Origin: Verrucomicrobiia bacterium
GTDB lineage: Bacteria; Verrucomicrobiota; Verrucomicrobiia; Limisphaerales; UBA11358
Direction: 5' to 3'
Assembly (NCBI GenBank): GCA_036490295.1
Contig: DASXED010000126.1
Location: 1,718 to 65,717, forward strand
DNA: 64,000 nucleotides
Shown piece by piece: positions 1-9,271 of this stretch (position 1 is its first letter; each line of letters starts with the position of its first letter). The position numbers and the translations under genes were made by a program. Below the pieces are notes generated by a model that ran no database searches, had not been told where the DNA came from, and saw only the letters and a program-made list of their open reading frames with translations.

Positions 1-561
1 ACCTGTTTTGAATCCACGTTTCCTTTGATTGCAAAGGATATTTTTGCAAAATACATACCCTTTTTCAGCGGAGAAAAATATCTCCGCCACGTTGGTTATC
101 TATTCACTTATGCAGGTCTTTGGGCTGCGGCTGTGCAAGGCGTCATCGGCAAACTCGTCAAAAAATTCGGCGAGCCAAAATTGATTTTTATCAGCTTAAT
201 TGTTTTCGCCGTCGGCCTCGCCGGATTGCCGTTCGCAAATAATTTGCCGGAAATCTTGATTGTCCTCGCGCTTCTGGCAATTGGTTCGGGATTAAACCGC
301 CCGCCGGTTTTTGGAATGATTTCCTTGAGTTCATCGCCGCACGAACAGGGCGCAAACCTTGGCGTCGCCCAAAGCTTCGGCAGCCTCGCGCGGATTCTCG
401 GCCCGATTTTTGCCGGCGTTTTATTTTTCGTGAAACCGTCGCTGCCTTATTTGATTTGCGGCGGCATCGCGCTGTTGACCGCTTTGTTCGCGCGGCGATT
501 TCTCTGCAAAAACCGAACGCCTGAATCCTCCGAAGAAACGCAAAAGACGAACAACGCTTGA
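1..561 (+). CDS. MFS-type transporter, C-terminal part (5' end lies outside the window)
   Basis: Frame 1 is open from base 1. The product is several hydrophobic helices with the loop 'GLNRPPVFGMIS' typical of the second half of MFS proteins. Stop at 559-561. Confidence 0.65.
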   Translation, partial: TCFESTFPLIAKDIFAKYIPFFSGEKYLRHVGYLFTYAGLWAAAVQGVIGKLVKKFGEPKLIFISLIVFAVGLAGLPFANNLPEILIVLALLAIGSGLNRPPVFGMISLSSSPHEQGANLGVAQSFGSLARILGPIFAGVLFFVKPSLPYLICGGIALLTALFARRFLCKNRTPESSEETQKTNNA

Positions 562-657
562 TTTTTCACCTTGAGACTCAACTCAACTAAAATCACGCCT
601 CATGCGCTTCTCGCAGCCCGCTTTTCCGGGACAAGGCCAGTTTACTGATTTTGAAAA

Positions 658-3600
658 TCACGCCGCCGCCGGATTGGTTCCGGTTTGAACGGCCATTCGT
701 TTTGAGCGTTTGCGGGTCGTCCATTCGCGGAATTTTTCCATGTAAAGATAAATCACCGGCGTGATGTAAAGCGTCAGCGACTGCGAAACGATGAGTCCGC
801 CGACGACGGTCAGGCCGAGGATGCGGCGGGATGAGCCGCCCGAGCCGAGGCCGAGCGCGATGGGCAGCGTGGCCATGAGCGCGGACATCGTGGTCATCAT
901 GATTGGACGGAAACGCAACAGGCAACCTTCGTGAATCGCGTCAAAGGCTTTTTTTCCATGCTCGCGCTGCGCGACGATGGCGAAGTCAATCATCATAATC
1001 GCATTTTTTTTCACGATGCCCACGAGCATGAGCAGGCCGACATCGGCGTAAATGTTCAAATCAATGTGAAAAATCATCAGCGTCAACAACGCGCCAAACG
1101 CTGCGGACGGCAAACCGGATAAAATCGTGAGTGGATGGATGAAACTTTCGTAAAGGATTCCGAGGATGATGTAGATGATGAAAATGGAAGCGGCCAGCAA
1201 CATGCCCATTCCTTGAAGGGATGATTGAAAAACCTGCGCCGCGCCTTGAAAGCCGCCGGAGATGGTGTCGGGCAAATTCGTCTGGCTTTTGATTTTATTG
1301 ATTTCGTCCACGGCAGTTCCGAGCGAAACGCCGGGCGCGAGGTTGAAGGAAATGGTGACGGCGGGCAACTGGCCGACGTGTGAAATGGTGGTCGGGCCGA
1401 GATTGCTGGTGAGTTTGGCAACGGCGCTCAACGGGATTAATTTCGACATTCCGTTGGTGTCGGTGAATGAACTGGTGATGTAAAGCCGCGAGAGCGCGCC
1501 GGGATCGAGTTGAAATTGCGGCAGCACTTCAAACACGACCCAGTATTCGGCGATGTCGCTATAAATCGTGGACGATTGTCGTTCGCCGAAAGCGTCATAG
1601 AGCGCGTTTTCCACCTGCTCGGGCGTGACGCCAAGCGCGGCGGCTTTGTCGCGGTCAATGTCCACGTTGACCTGCGGGCTTTTGATCTGCAAATCGCTGG
1701 TCACATCCTGAAACACGGATTTGTCGGCGGCGATTTTATTCATCAAAACTGGTGCCTTTTGAAACAGTTCATTCACGTCCGTGTCCGCGAGGCTGTATTG
1801 GTAGAGCGATTTGGAGGCGTGGCCGCCGATGTTGATGAGCGGCGGATTTTGCATGAAGACGTTGATGCCGGGAAGCTGCGCGAGTTTCCCGCGCAATTCC
1901 TGAATGATCTGGTCGGCATTCAATTTGCGCTTTTCTTTCAGGCTCATGAACATCCGTCCCTGGTTCAAACTGGCGGACGAACCGCTCGCGCCGATGGCGG
2001 ACATGAAGCCGGCCACGTTGGGGTCGGCGGCGATTATTTTTGCGGTGGCCAGTTGATGTTTTTCCATCGCGTCAAAAGAAATGTCTTCCGACGCCTCGGT
2101 GGTCACGGAAATCTGGCCGGTGTCTTCGTTCGGAAAAAATCCCTTGGGAATGATGACGAACAAAAAGATTGTCAGGATCAAAATCACAAACGAAAGCATC
2201 AGCGTGGCGAAACGATGGCGCAACGTGACTTGCAGCGAGCGGTCGTAGCCGTCGCGCACCCGGTCGAAAAACCGCTCGAAGGCGTTGTAAATTTTGCTGT
2301 GCTTTTTTCCTTTTTCCGAATGCACAAAACGGCTGCACATCATCGGCGTGAGCGTCAGCGAAACAAAACCGGACGCCAAAACCGCGACGACAATCGTCAC
2401 GGCAAATTCGTGCAGCAGCCGTCCAAGCAGCCCGCCCATGAACAAAACCGGAATGAAAACCGCCGAAAGCGAAAGCGTCATTGAAACGATTGTGAAGCCG
2501 ATTTCTTTCGCGCCTTTGAACGACGCCTCCATCGGCGGCTCGCCCATTTCCATGTGGCGCACGATGTTTTCGAGCATGACAATCGCATCGTCCACCACGA
2601 AACCCACGCAGAGCGTCAGAGCCATGAGTGAAAGATTATCAAGGCTGTAATTGAGCAGCGCCATCACCGCGAACGTGCCGATGATGCACATCGGCAGCGC
2701 GAGGCTCGGAATGACGGTCGCCGACAAATTGCGCAGGAAAATAAAAATCACCAGCACGACGAGGCAGATGGCGAGGAACAAAGTGCTTTCCACATCGTCC
2801 ACGGATTTGCGGATGGATTGCGAGCGGTCGAACAAAATGTCCAGATGCACTCCCGCCGGAAGCCGCTCGTGAAATTGCGGCAGCATTTTTTTGATGTTGT
2901 CCACCACGGCCACCGTGTTGGCGTCCGGCTGGCGTTGAATGGCCAGCACAATCGCACGCGTGCTGTTTGTGCCCGCGTAATACCACGCGGCGACTTTGTC
3001 ATTTTGCACGCTGTCCAGAACGTTTCCCAATTCTTCGAGCCGCACCGGATTTCCGTTGCGATAGGCGACAATCATCGGGCGAAACGCCGCCGCATTTTCA
3101 AGCTGCCCGTTCGCCAAAACGGTGAACGCCTGATGCGGACCGTAAAGCGTGCCGAGCGGTTGATTGACATTGCCCGCTTCAACGGCCTGTTCGACTTGAT
3201 CAATTCCCAATCCGTAAGCCGCCAGTTTGTTCGGATCCACTTGAATCCGCACCGCGTATTCCTGCGAGCCATAAACGGAAACCTGCGCGACGCCGCTGAC
3301 CGTCGAAATTTGCTGCGCAAGCATATTTTCCGCGTAATCGTCCACTTTGGAAAGCGGCATCGTCGTCGAGGACATCGCCAGAAACAAAATCGGCGCGTCC
3401 GCCGGATTGACTTTCCGGTAACTCGGCGGCGTCGGCATATTCGGCGGCAATTGTTTCGCCGCGCGCGCGATGGCCGCGTTCACGTCTTCAGCCGCCGCGT
3501 CAATGTCGCGGTCGAGCGAAAATTGAATTGTGATTTGAACCGACCCCAGTGAACTGACGGACGACATGGAATCCACGCCGGGAATGATGGAGATTTGTTT

Positions 3601-3804
3601 TTCCAGCGGCGTGGCCACGGCGGCCGCCATCGTTTCGGGACTTGCGCCAGATAAACTGGCGGAGACGTTAATGGTCGGATAATCCACGCTCGGCAAGGCG
3701 CTCACCGGCAATTCGCGATAGCCGATGACGCCGAATAGCAAAATGCCGGCCATGACCAGCGTGGTCATCACTGGGCGGCGGATGAAAAGTTCGGGAACGC
3801 TCAT
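658..3804 (-). CDS. RND efflux transporter permease (AcrB/MdtB/HAE1-like)
   Basis: 1048 aa with a typical RND N-terminus 'ELFIRRPVMTTLVMAGILLFG..YRELPVSALP', a 12-TM layout and two large periplasmic loops. ATGA overlap with the upstream adaptor gene. Confidence 0.95.
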   Translation of the reverse strand: MSVPELFIRRPVMTTLVMAGILLFGVIGYRELPVSALPSVDYPTINVSASLSGASPETMAAAVATPLEKQISIIPGVDSMSSVSSLGSVQITIQFSLDRDIDAAAEDVNAAIARAAKQLPPNMPTPPSYRKVNPADAPILFLAMSSTTMPLSKVDDYAENMLAQQISTVSGVAQVSVYGSQEYAVRIQVDPNKLAAYGLGIDQVEQAVEAGNVNQPLGTLYGPHQAFTVLANGQLENAAAFRPMIVAYRNGNPVRLEELGNVLDSVQNDKVAAWYYAGTNSTRAIVLAIQRQPDANTVAVVDNIKKMLPQFHERLPAGVHLDILFDRSQSIRKSVDDVESTLFLAICLVVLVIFIFLRNLSATVIPSLALPMCIIGTFAVMALLNYSLDNLSLMALTLCVGFVVDDAIVMLENIVRHMEMGEPPMEASFKGAKEIGFTIVSMTLSLSAVFIPVLFMGGLLGRLLHEFAVTIVVAVLASGFVSLTLTPMMCSRFVHSEKGKKHSKIYNAFERFFDRVRDGYDRSLQVTLRHRFATLMLSFVILILTIFLFVIIPKGFFPNEDTGQISVTTEASEDISFDAMEKHQLATAKIIAADPNVAGFMSAIGASGSSASLNQGRMFMSLKEKRKLNADQIIQELRGKLAQLPGINVFMQNPPLINIGGHASKSLYQYSLADTDVNELFQKAPVLMNKIAADKSVFQDVTSDLQIKSPQVNVDIDRDKAAALGVTPEQVENALYDAFGERQSSTIYSDIAEYWVVFEVLPQFQLDPGALSRLYITSSFTDTNGMSKLIPLSAVAKLTSNLGPTTISHVGQLPAVTISFNLAPGVSLGTAVDEINKIKSQTNLPDTISGGFQGAAQVFQSSLQGMGMLLAASIFIIYIILGILYESFIHPLTILSGLPSAAFGALLTLMIFHIDLNIYADVGLLMLVGIVKKNAIMMIDFAIVAQREHGKKAFDAIHEGCLLRFRPIMMTTMSALMATLPIALGLGSGGSSRRILGLTVVGGLIVSQSLTLYITPVIYLYMEKFREWTTRKRSKRMAVQTGTNPAAA

Positions 3805-4946
3805 GGCGCGTTGGTGGACGAGTTCGCGCTCTTGACGCTGACCTTCACGTTCGGCGCAAGCCGCAACTGCCCGTCCGTCACGACCGTTTCGCCGGCCTTC
3901 AACCCTTTTTCAACGACCGTTTCGTCGTCATACGAAATGCCGATTGTCACCGGGCGTTCTTCAACCACTTGAACGGCGGCGTTCGTCGGGTTTGATTTCA
4001 CGACATAAATGAACTGGTTGGTCTGCCCCGTTTGCACCGCCTGCGTCGGAACGACAATGGCATTCGTCAATTCCGAAAGCGTCAATTCCACCGTCACATA
4101 TTGTCCCGGCCACAACGCGCTGTTCTCATTCGGGAAAGTTCCGCGCAATTGGATCGTGCCGGTCGTTTCATCAACGCTGTTGTCAACGAAAGTCAGTTCA
4201 CCCTGCTCCGGCGGCCCATCCATGTTTTGAAAAGCCGCCGACACCTTCAGCGTCTTCGTGCGCATTTCCTTTTTGATTTCCGGCAGATATTGCTCCGGCA
4301 CGGCGAACTGGACATAAACCGGATGAATCTGGTTGATGGTCAGCAGCGCGTCGTCCGGCGCTTTGACGACATTGCCCACATAAGATTGCAGGCCGCCCGT
4401 CACGCCATCCACGGGCGAATCAATGTGGCAAAACTCCAGGTTCAACGTCGCGTTCGTGATGGCCGCCTGGTCCGCCGACACCGTGCCGAGCAAAGCGTCG
4501 AGGCTCGCCTTGTTCGTGTCCAGTTCATCCTGTGAAATCAATTTCTGATCGAACAATTTTTGCTCGCGCGCAAAATTGATTTTGGCGTATTCCAAATTTG
4601 CCCCGTCACGTTCCAAGTCCGCCTTTGCCTGGTCCAGCGCCGCCTGCGTCGGGCGCGGATCAATCGTGAACAGCAAGTCGCCCTTTTTGACTTCCTGCCC
4701 TTCCTTGAAATGCACTTCGCTGATCATGCCCTGGATTTGCGAATGAACCGTCACCGTCGAATACGCCATCACATGGCCGTCCGGCGGCGGATCAATCAGC
4801 ACCGGCACGTTGGTCGCGAAGGATTTTGCGACGAGCACCGGCACGCCGGAAGGCGCGCTGTTTTTTTTGTGCGAACAGCCGCCGGTCAAAATGGCCGCCG
4901 CCAGCGCGAGCGCAAAGAGAAGGAATGTTTTTTTCATGGCAATCAT
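3801..4946 (-). CDS. RND efflux periplasmic adaptor (membrane fusion protein), lipoprotein
   Basis: Lipobox 'LTGGCS', coiled-coil hairpin region and beta-barrel motifs of the HlyD/AcrA family. Overlaps the TetR stop and the RND start by 4 nt each. Confidence 0.9.
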   Translation of the reverse strand: MIAMKKTFLLFALALAAAILTGGCSHKKNSAPSGVPVLVAKSFATNVPVLIDPPPDGHVMAYSTVTVHSQIQGMISEVHFKEGQEVKKGDLLFTIDPRPTQAALDQAKADLERDGANLEYAKINFAREQKLFDQKLISQDELDTNKASLDALLGTVSADQAAITNATLNLEFCHIDSPVDGVTGGLQSYVGNVVKAPDDALLTINQIHPVYVQFAVPEQYLPEIKKEMRTKTLKVSAAFQNMDGPPEQGELTFVDNSVDETTGTIQLRGTFPNENSALWPGQYVTVELTLSELTNAIVVPTQAVQTGQTNQFIYVVKSNPTNAAVQVVEERPVTIGISYDDETVVEKGLKAGETVVTDGQLRLAPNVKVSVKSANSSTNAP

Positions 4947-5590
4947 TTCATAAAATTGATTTTGACCTGCTGGCCCTGCGCAGGTCGAAACACTGCGGCG
5001 AATTTTTTCAAAAACGCCATCCGCTCCCTTTGAAACTTTGGATCAAAAACCGACCTGCCGGTGATGAGCCGCGTCAATTGCGGGAACGCGACGGGAAACA
5101 TCGTGAGCGACCGCATCGCCAGCATCACGTGGCGCGGGTCGAATCCGGCGGAAATCTGCCCGCGCGCCTGCCGCTGCCGGATGCGGTTCATTCCGCGCGC
5201 CGTCGCCGCGCGCCGCTCTTTTTCGTCAATCGGCTTTTGCGCGTCGCCTTGCAGCGCCTCCCATTCGAGCATCCGAACCCAGTCCACGTCCTTGCACGCG
5301 GCTTCGAACCAAAATTGCAAACTTTCGGCCGGGTCGCCGGACAAGTTGTCGGCCCACGCCTGGCGCTGGGAAATTTTCCGGCGCAAAACGGCCTTGAACA
5401 AGCCCTCCTTGTCGCCGAAATAATGGTAAAGCATCCGCTTGTTGATGGCCGCGCGTCGCGCGATGGCGTCCACGCGCGCGCCGGCAAAGCCGTGCGCCGC
5501 GAATTCCTTGAGCGCGGCGGTCAAAATGCGCTCGCGCGTGCGTTCGGGATTGCGCGTCGCGCTGCTGTCGGTTTTGGCGGGTGCGGTCAT
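4943..5590 (-). CDS. TetR/AcrR-family transcriptional regulator
   Basis: N-terminal HTH 'RERILTAALKEFAAHGFAGARVDAIARRAAINKRMLYHYFGDKEGLF'. It is the first gene of the efflux operon. Confidence 0.9.
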   Translation of the reverse strand: MTAPAKTDSSATRNPERTRERILTAALKEFAAHGFAGARVDAIARRAAINKRMLYHYFGDKEGLFKAVLRRKISQRQAWADNLSGDPAESLQFWFEAACKDVDWVRMLEWEALQGDAQKPIDEKERRAATARGMNRIRQRQARGQISAGFDPRHVMLAMRSLTMFPVAFPQLTRLITGRSVFDPKFQRERMAFLKKFAAVFRPAQGQQVKINFMK

Positions 5591-5599
5591 GCGTTCCGG

Positions 5600-5623
5600 T
5601 TAAGTAACCATCAAGTTACTTGG
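5600..5623. promoter_or_regulatory. Putative TetR operator palindrome
   Basis: AAGTAAC (5602-5608) and GTTACTT (5615-5621) are perfect 7-bp inverted repeats with a 6-nt spacer, lying 12 nt upstream of the TetR start codon. Confidence 0.35.
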
Positions 5624-5663
5624 AGCGCAAGCGTATTTATTCGTTCAAATTCCGGCCAGTCCG

Positions 5664-6482
5664 TCATGGCGGGTTTGGCGGCGCATGGGATTTCTGGATT
5701 TCCCGCACCATTTTCGACGCCGCTTCCTGCGACATCCCGTGCGTGACGGAGAAGCCAAAGCGGCGATGCAGGTATTCGTCCATGCGGATCCATTCGCCCT
5801 CATGTTTCACCTGACCGGTCCAGGCGCAAACCGTGACGATTTGCTGCAATTTTTCGAGCCGGATCAGGATGAACACAACGGCGACCAGCGCCATGGCGGT
5901 CAGTCCCACAAGAATGAACGACGCGGTCTGGTTGAAAAGAAATTTGGCCTCGGCGTCTTGCTGCCGCGCCGTCAGCAAATCCGCCTCGTGCGCGCGCATC
6001 TGGAACAACACGCTGCGGATTTGGTTCATGGTGTCCCAGCCCTGGTCGGTCAAGGCCACCGCCAGCGAGCTGGCGGAATTGGTTTTGCCGGAGGCAGCAA
6101 TTCCGGGATCAAGGGATAATCGCCGGGTGACCATATTTTGCAGGTCATTGAGGTTGGTCTGTTGAACCGGGTTGTCGCGGAGAATGGCTTTCAACTGCTG
6201 GATGTTATTGTTGACGTCTCCGATGGCAGTGTCGTAAGTGGCGAAATAATCCTTGCGTCCGGTCAGAAAATAGCCGCGCTGGCCGGTTTCGGCGTCGGCG
6301 GCGTGCGCCTGGGTATCCTCGATAATGTTCAGGACTTTGTAAGTGCGGGTCACCAGGGCAAACGTGCCGTTGAACTGGCCGCTCGTTTCATGCGCGAGCC
6401 AGCTCGTCGCCAGCAACCCGGCCGTGGGCACGGCCAGTCCCAGCCAAAACACAGCTTTACGGATGCGTTGAGCCGGCATCAT
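5664..6482 (-). CDS. CHASE3-domain membrane sensor with no recognisable output domain
   Basis: N-terminal TM helix, then a periplasmic CHASE3-like block ('ETGQRGYFLTGRKDYFATYDTA'), a second TM helix and a roughly 65-aa cytoplasmic tail. Confidence 0.65.
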   Translation of the reverse strand: MMPAQRIRKAVFWLGLAVPTAGLLATSWLAHETSGQFNGTFALVTRTYKVLNIIEDTQAHAADAETGQRGYFLTGRKDYFATYDTAIGDVNNNIQQLKAILRDNPVQQTNLNDLQNMVTRRLSLDPGIAASGKTNSASSLAVALTDQGWDTMNQIRSVLFQMRAHEADLLTARQQDAEAKFLFNQTASFILVGLTAMALVAVVFILIRLEKLQQIVTVCAWTGQVKHEGEWIRMDEYLHRRFGFSVTHGMSQEAASKMVREIQKSHAPPNPP

Positions 6483-6497
6483 ATTGGTTTTTCTGAT

Positions 6498-7964
6498 TCA
6501 AATTGTGGCGGGCCTTTCCTTATGCCACGACGTATTTTTCTCAAAAGCATGGGCGATGCGCAAGAGCGTTTCCTCGCCGAACGGCCTGCCGAGCAATTGC
6601 AAGCCGACGGGCAGTTTTGGCGATTTGGTGAATCCGCACGGAATACTGATGCCGCAATTGCCCGCAAGGTTGCATGAAATCGTGAAAATGTCGGACAAAT
6701 ACATTTGCAGCGGGTCGTCGGATTTCTCGCCGATTTTGAAAGCGGCGGTCGGCGTGGTCGGCGTCACAATCGCGTCCACGGTTTCAAACGCCTTGAGAAA
6801 ATCGTTGCGGATCAAAGTGCGGACTTTTTGCGCGCGCAGATAATAAGCGTCGTAATAACCGCTGCTCAAAACGTAAGTGCCCAGAATGATCCTGCGCTTC
6901 ACTTCGTCGCCGAAGCCCGCGCCGCGAGTTTTGCTGTAAAGTTCCGCCGGATCATTTCCGTCCACGCGCAGGCCGTAACGGATGCCGTCGAACCGCGCAA
7001 GATTTGCCGACGCCTCTGCCGTCGCAATGATGTAATATGTGGCGACCGCATAATCCGTGTGCGGCAAAGAAATTTCCACAACTTCCGCGCCAAGTTCCTG
7101 AAATTTTTTCACGGCGGCGTCCACGGCGGCTTTCACTTCCGCGTCAAGTCCGCCAATCATGTATTCTTTCGGCAAACCGAGTTTGAGGCCGCGAATGTTT
7201 CCATCGAGCGCGGCGGCATAATTTGGAACCGGCTGCGGCACGCTCGTTGAATCGCGCGGGTCAACGCCGCTCAAAACTCCGAGCAACGTCGCCATGTCCG
7301 AAACATCCTTTGTCAACGGACCGACCTGGTCTAGCGATGATGCGAATGCGACAAGGCCGTAGCGCGAAATACGGCCGTAACTCGGCTTCAAGCCGACACA
7401 GCCGCACATCGCCGCCGGCTGGCGGGTTGAGCCGCCGGTTTCCGAGCCAAGGGCAGCGATGCACTCGTCCGCCACGACCGCCGCCGCCGAGCCGCCGGAC
7501 GAGCCGCCGGGAATCCGCGAAATGTCCCACGGATTTTTTGTCGCGCCAAACGCGGAATTTTCAGTCGAACTGCCCATCGCAAATTCGTCCATGTTGCACC
7601 GGCCAAAAACAATTGCGCCCGCCGCCTTCAATTTTTCAACAACAGTTGCGTCGTAGGGTGAAATGAATTTGCCGAGGATTTTTGACGCGCAATTAAGCGG
7701 CTGGTTTTTGACGGCCAGAACGTCTTTGATGGCGACTGGAATTCCGAGCAGCGGCTTTTGCGCGTGAGTTGCGCCGGAAGAAATTTCCTTGTCCGCCGCA
7801 TCCGCTTGCGCGAGCGCATCCGCAGAATCATAACTGATGAACGCGTGGATTTTCCCATCCACGCACGCAATCTGGTCGAGACACGACTGCACGGCTTCGC
7901 GCGCGGAAATTTCGCGGCCGGCCAGTTTCGCGGCAAGTTCGGAAATGGTGAGTTGATTTAACAT
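6498..7964 (-). CDS. gatA: Glu-tRNA(Gln)/Asp-tRNA(Asn) amidotransferase subunit A
   Basis: Amidase signature '[11 protein letters not shown]' and full-length GatA-like sequence. Start placed at [10 protein letters not shown] (ATG at 7964) rather than the longer track ORF. Confidence 0.95.
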   Translation of the reverse strand: MLNQLTISELAAKLAGREISAREAVQSCLDQIACVDGKIHAFISYDSADALAQADAADKEISSGATHAQKPLLGIPVAIKDVLAVKNQPLNCASKILGKFISPYDATVVEKLKAAGAIVFGRCNMDEFAMGSSTENSAFGATKNPWDISRIPGGSSGGSAAAVVADECIAALGSETGGSTRQPAAMCGCVGLKPSYGRISRYGLVAFASSLDQVGPLTKDVSDMATLLGVLSGVDPRDSTSVPQPVPNYAAALDGNIRGLKLGLPKEYMIGGLDAEVKAAVDAAVKKFQELGAEVVEISLPHTDYAVATYYIIATAEASANLARFDGIRYGLRVDGNDPAELYSKTRGAGFGDEVKRRIILGTYVLSSGYYDAYYLRAQKVRTLIRNDFLKAFETVDAIVTPTTPTAAFKIGEKSDDPLQMYLSDIFTISCNLAGNCGISIPCGFTKSPKLPVGLQLLGRPFGEETLLRIAHAFEKNTSWHKERPATI

Positions 7965-8091
7965 ATGAGACCTCTGCAAAAGGGGCGTAGCGGCTTTCGG
8001 CAGAAAGCCGCATTCTTTAATTTCCAAGGTTTTGCGGCGCTCTGCCGAGACGCCGCTACGGTGGATGGTTGGTTTTGCAGAGGTCTCATAT
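7963..8091. repeat. Foldback REP/MITE-like element, family 1, copy 1
   Basis: Perfect 19-bp outer inverted repeat ATATGAGACCTCTGCAAAA (7963-7981) / TTTTGCAGAGGTCTCATAT (8073-8091). It encloses an imperfect inner inverted pair CGTAGCGGCTTTCGGCAGAAAGCCGC (7986-8011) / GCGGCGCTCTGCCGAGACGCCGCTACG (8034-8060). A second copy lies at 44371-44492. Confidence 0.75.
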
Positions 8092-8113
8092 ATTCAAATC
8101 GCCGGCATAAAAT

Positions 8114-8896
8114 TCAGTTGTGAATTTGCGCGCGCAATTTTTCAAACCGGGCTTTCCCGGCCAGCGACTGGTCTTCCTCTGCCGACGGAAATTTGTTCAA
8201 GACCGCCTGCGCCGCGGCTTTTTTCCCGTCGGCCAGCTTAAGGGAGGCCACGATATAGGCCTGCTCGCTTTCCGTGACTTCGGCCTGCATATAGGGTTTC
8301 ATCCAGTCCGCCGCGTCCGCCGCGCGGTTCTCGTCCAAAAGCATGATCGCAAAAAGCTTGGTCGCGCTCCAAAGATATGTTCCATCAGCCGACGCCGCCT
8401 GAAGCAGCGGAACCGCGTTGCTTTTTTGTCCCTGGGTGAAAAAATACAATCCTTCATAAAAATTCTCAAAGGAAGTGCGGCTGCCCTTGCGCATGGACGC
8501 GGCCTTTGCAATCAATGACTCGCCGTCGTCCGGTTTTCCCAGATACAGCAGGCAAAATCCTTCTTCACCCAGCGTGTCGGGATTTTTCCAGTATTCCGAC
8601 GACGTTTCAAACAGCGAAAGCGATTGCAAAAGCCTGTTCTCGTGGAAGGCTTCCATTCCATAATGCGAATAAAGAGAAGCGAGGCTTTGACGCATGGAAA
8701 AATATCCGATGGCGCACGCGATTCCAGTCGCCAGGCAGGCCAGAAATAAATTCTTCAGTTTGTCCGCAGCGAAACCCTTCGTCTGCCTGCACCAGAGCCG
8801 GATCGCCAGGACGGCAAACAGCACCAGGGCGAAATACTTGCCCGTTTCGCCGAGAACCAGTTCCGTGGTCTCCGTGTAATTGGCTATGTCCGGCAT
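8114..8896 (-). CDS. Hypothetical membrane protein with a TPR-like helical C-terminal region
   Basis: 260-aa ORF with two predicted N-terminal TM helices and a helical repeat-like remainder. It lies between gatC and gatA on the same strand. Confidence 0.55.
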   Translation of the reverse strand: MPDIANYTETTELVLGETGKYFALVLFAVLAIRLWCRQTKGFAADKLKNLFLACLATGIACAIGYFSMRQSLASLYSHYGMEAFHENRLLQSLSLFETSSEYWKNPDTLGEEGFCLLYLGKPDDGESLIAKAASMRKGSRTSFENFYEGLYFFTQGQKSNAVPLLQAASADGTYLWSATKLFAIMLLDENRAADAADWMKPYMQAEVTESEQAYIVASLKLADGKKAAAQAVLNKFPSAEEDQSLAGKARFEKLRAQIHN

Positions 8897-8899
8897 GGT

Positions 8900-9187
8900 T
8901 TAGTCCACGATTTTTGGAACGATGAAAAGTCCGCTGACCTGTTTGGGCGCGTTGCGCATGGCTTCTTCGTGCGTAAGCGACGGGCGGATTTCGTCGGCGC
9001 GCGTGACATTGACCATCGGCACGGCGTGCGCGGTCGGCTCGACGTTCGTCACGTCAAGCTCCTTCAACTTTTCGATGTAGCCGAGGATGTGGCCGAGTTG
9101 CGCGGCGAGTTTTTTTTCCTCGTCGGGCGTGAGCGCGATGCGTGCGAGATGCGCGACGTATTTGATGTCTAAATCACTTGCTGCCAT
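8900..9187 (-). CDS. gatC: Glu-tRNA(Gln)/Asp-tRNA(Asn) amidotransferase subunit C
   Basis: 'VAHLARIALTPDEEKKLAAQLGHILGYIEKLKELDV..VEPTAH' is typical of GatC. Start placed at the ATG at 9187 (MAASDLDIKYV). Confidence 0.9.
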   Translation of the reverse strand: MAASDLDIKYVAHLARIALTPDEEKKLAAQLGHILGYIEKLKELDVTNVEPTAHAVPMVNVTRADEIRPSLTHEEAMRNAPKQVSGLFIVPKIVD

Positions 9188-9194
9188 TCGCGGA

Positions 9195-9228
9195 GTTTCA
9201 AGTTTCAAGTTTCAAGTTTCAAGTTCAA
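9195..9228. repeat. Tandem heptamer repeat (GTTTCAA x4 plus a partial copy)
   Basis: Four perfect GTTTCAA copies at 9195-9222 followed by GTTCAA. On the gene strand these read TTGAAAC x4 and end 7 nt upstream of the gatC ATG. Confidence 0.9.
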
Positions 9229-9271
9229 CCTGCAATTAAAAAACCCGGCGATGAAGCCGCCGCAACCGGAT

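Noticed and set aside
9195-9228. Short tandem repeats (the 7-bp array at 9195, the heptamers at 22047-22074, the 18-bp duplication at 28768) were considered as possible CRISPR or CRISPR-like arrays.
   Set aside because: The repeat units are far too short and are contiguous with no unique spacers. No cas genes are present. No CRISPR array is present in this window.
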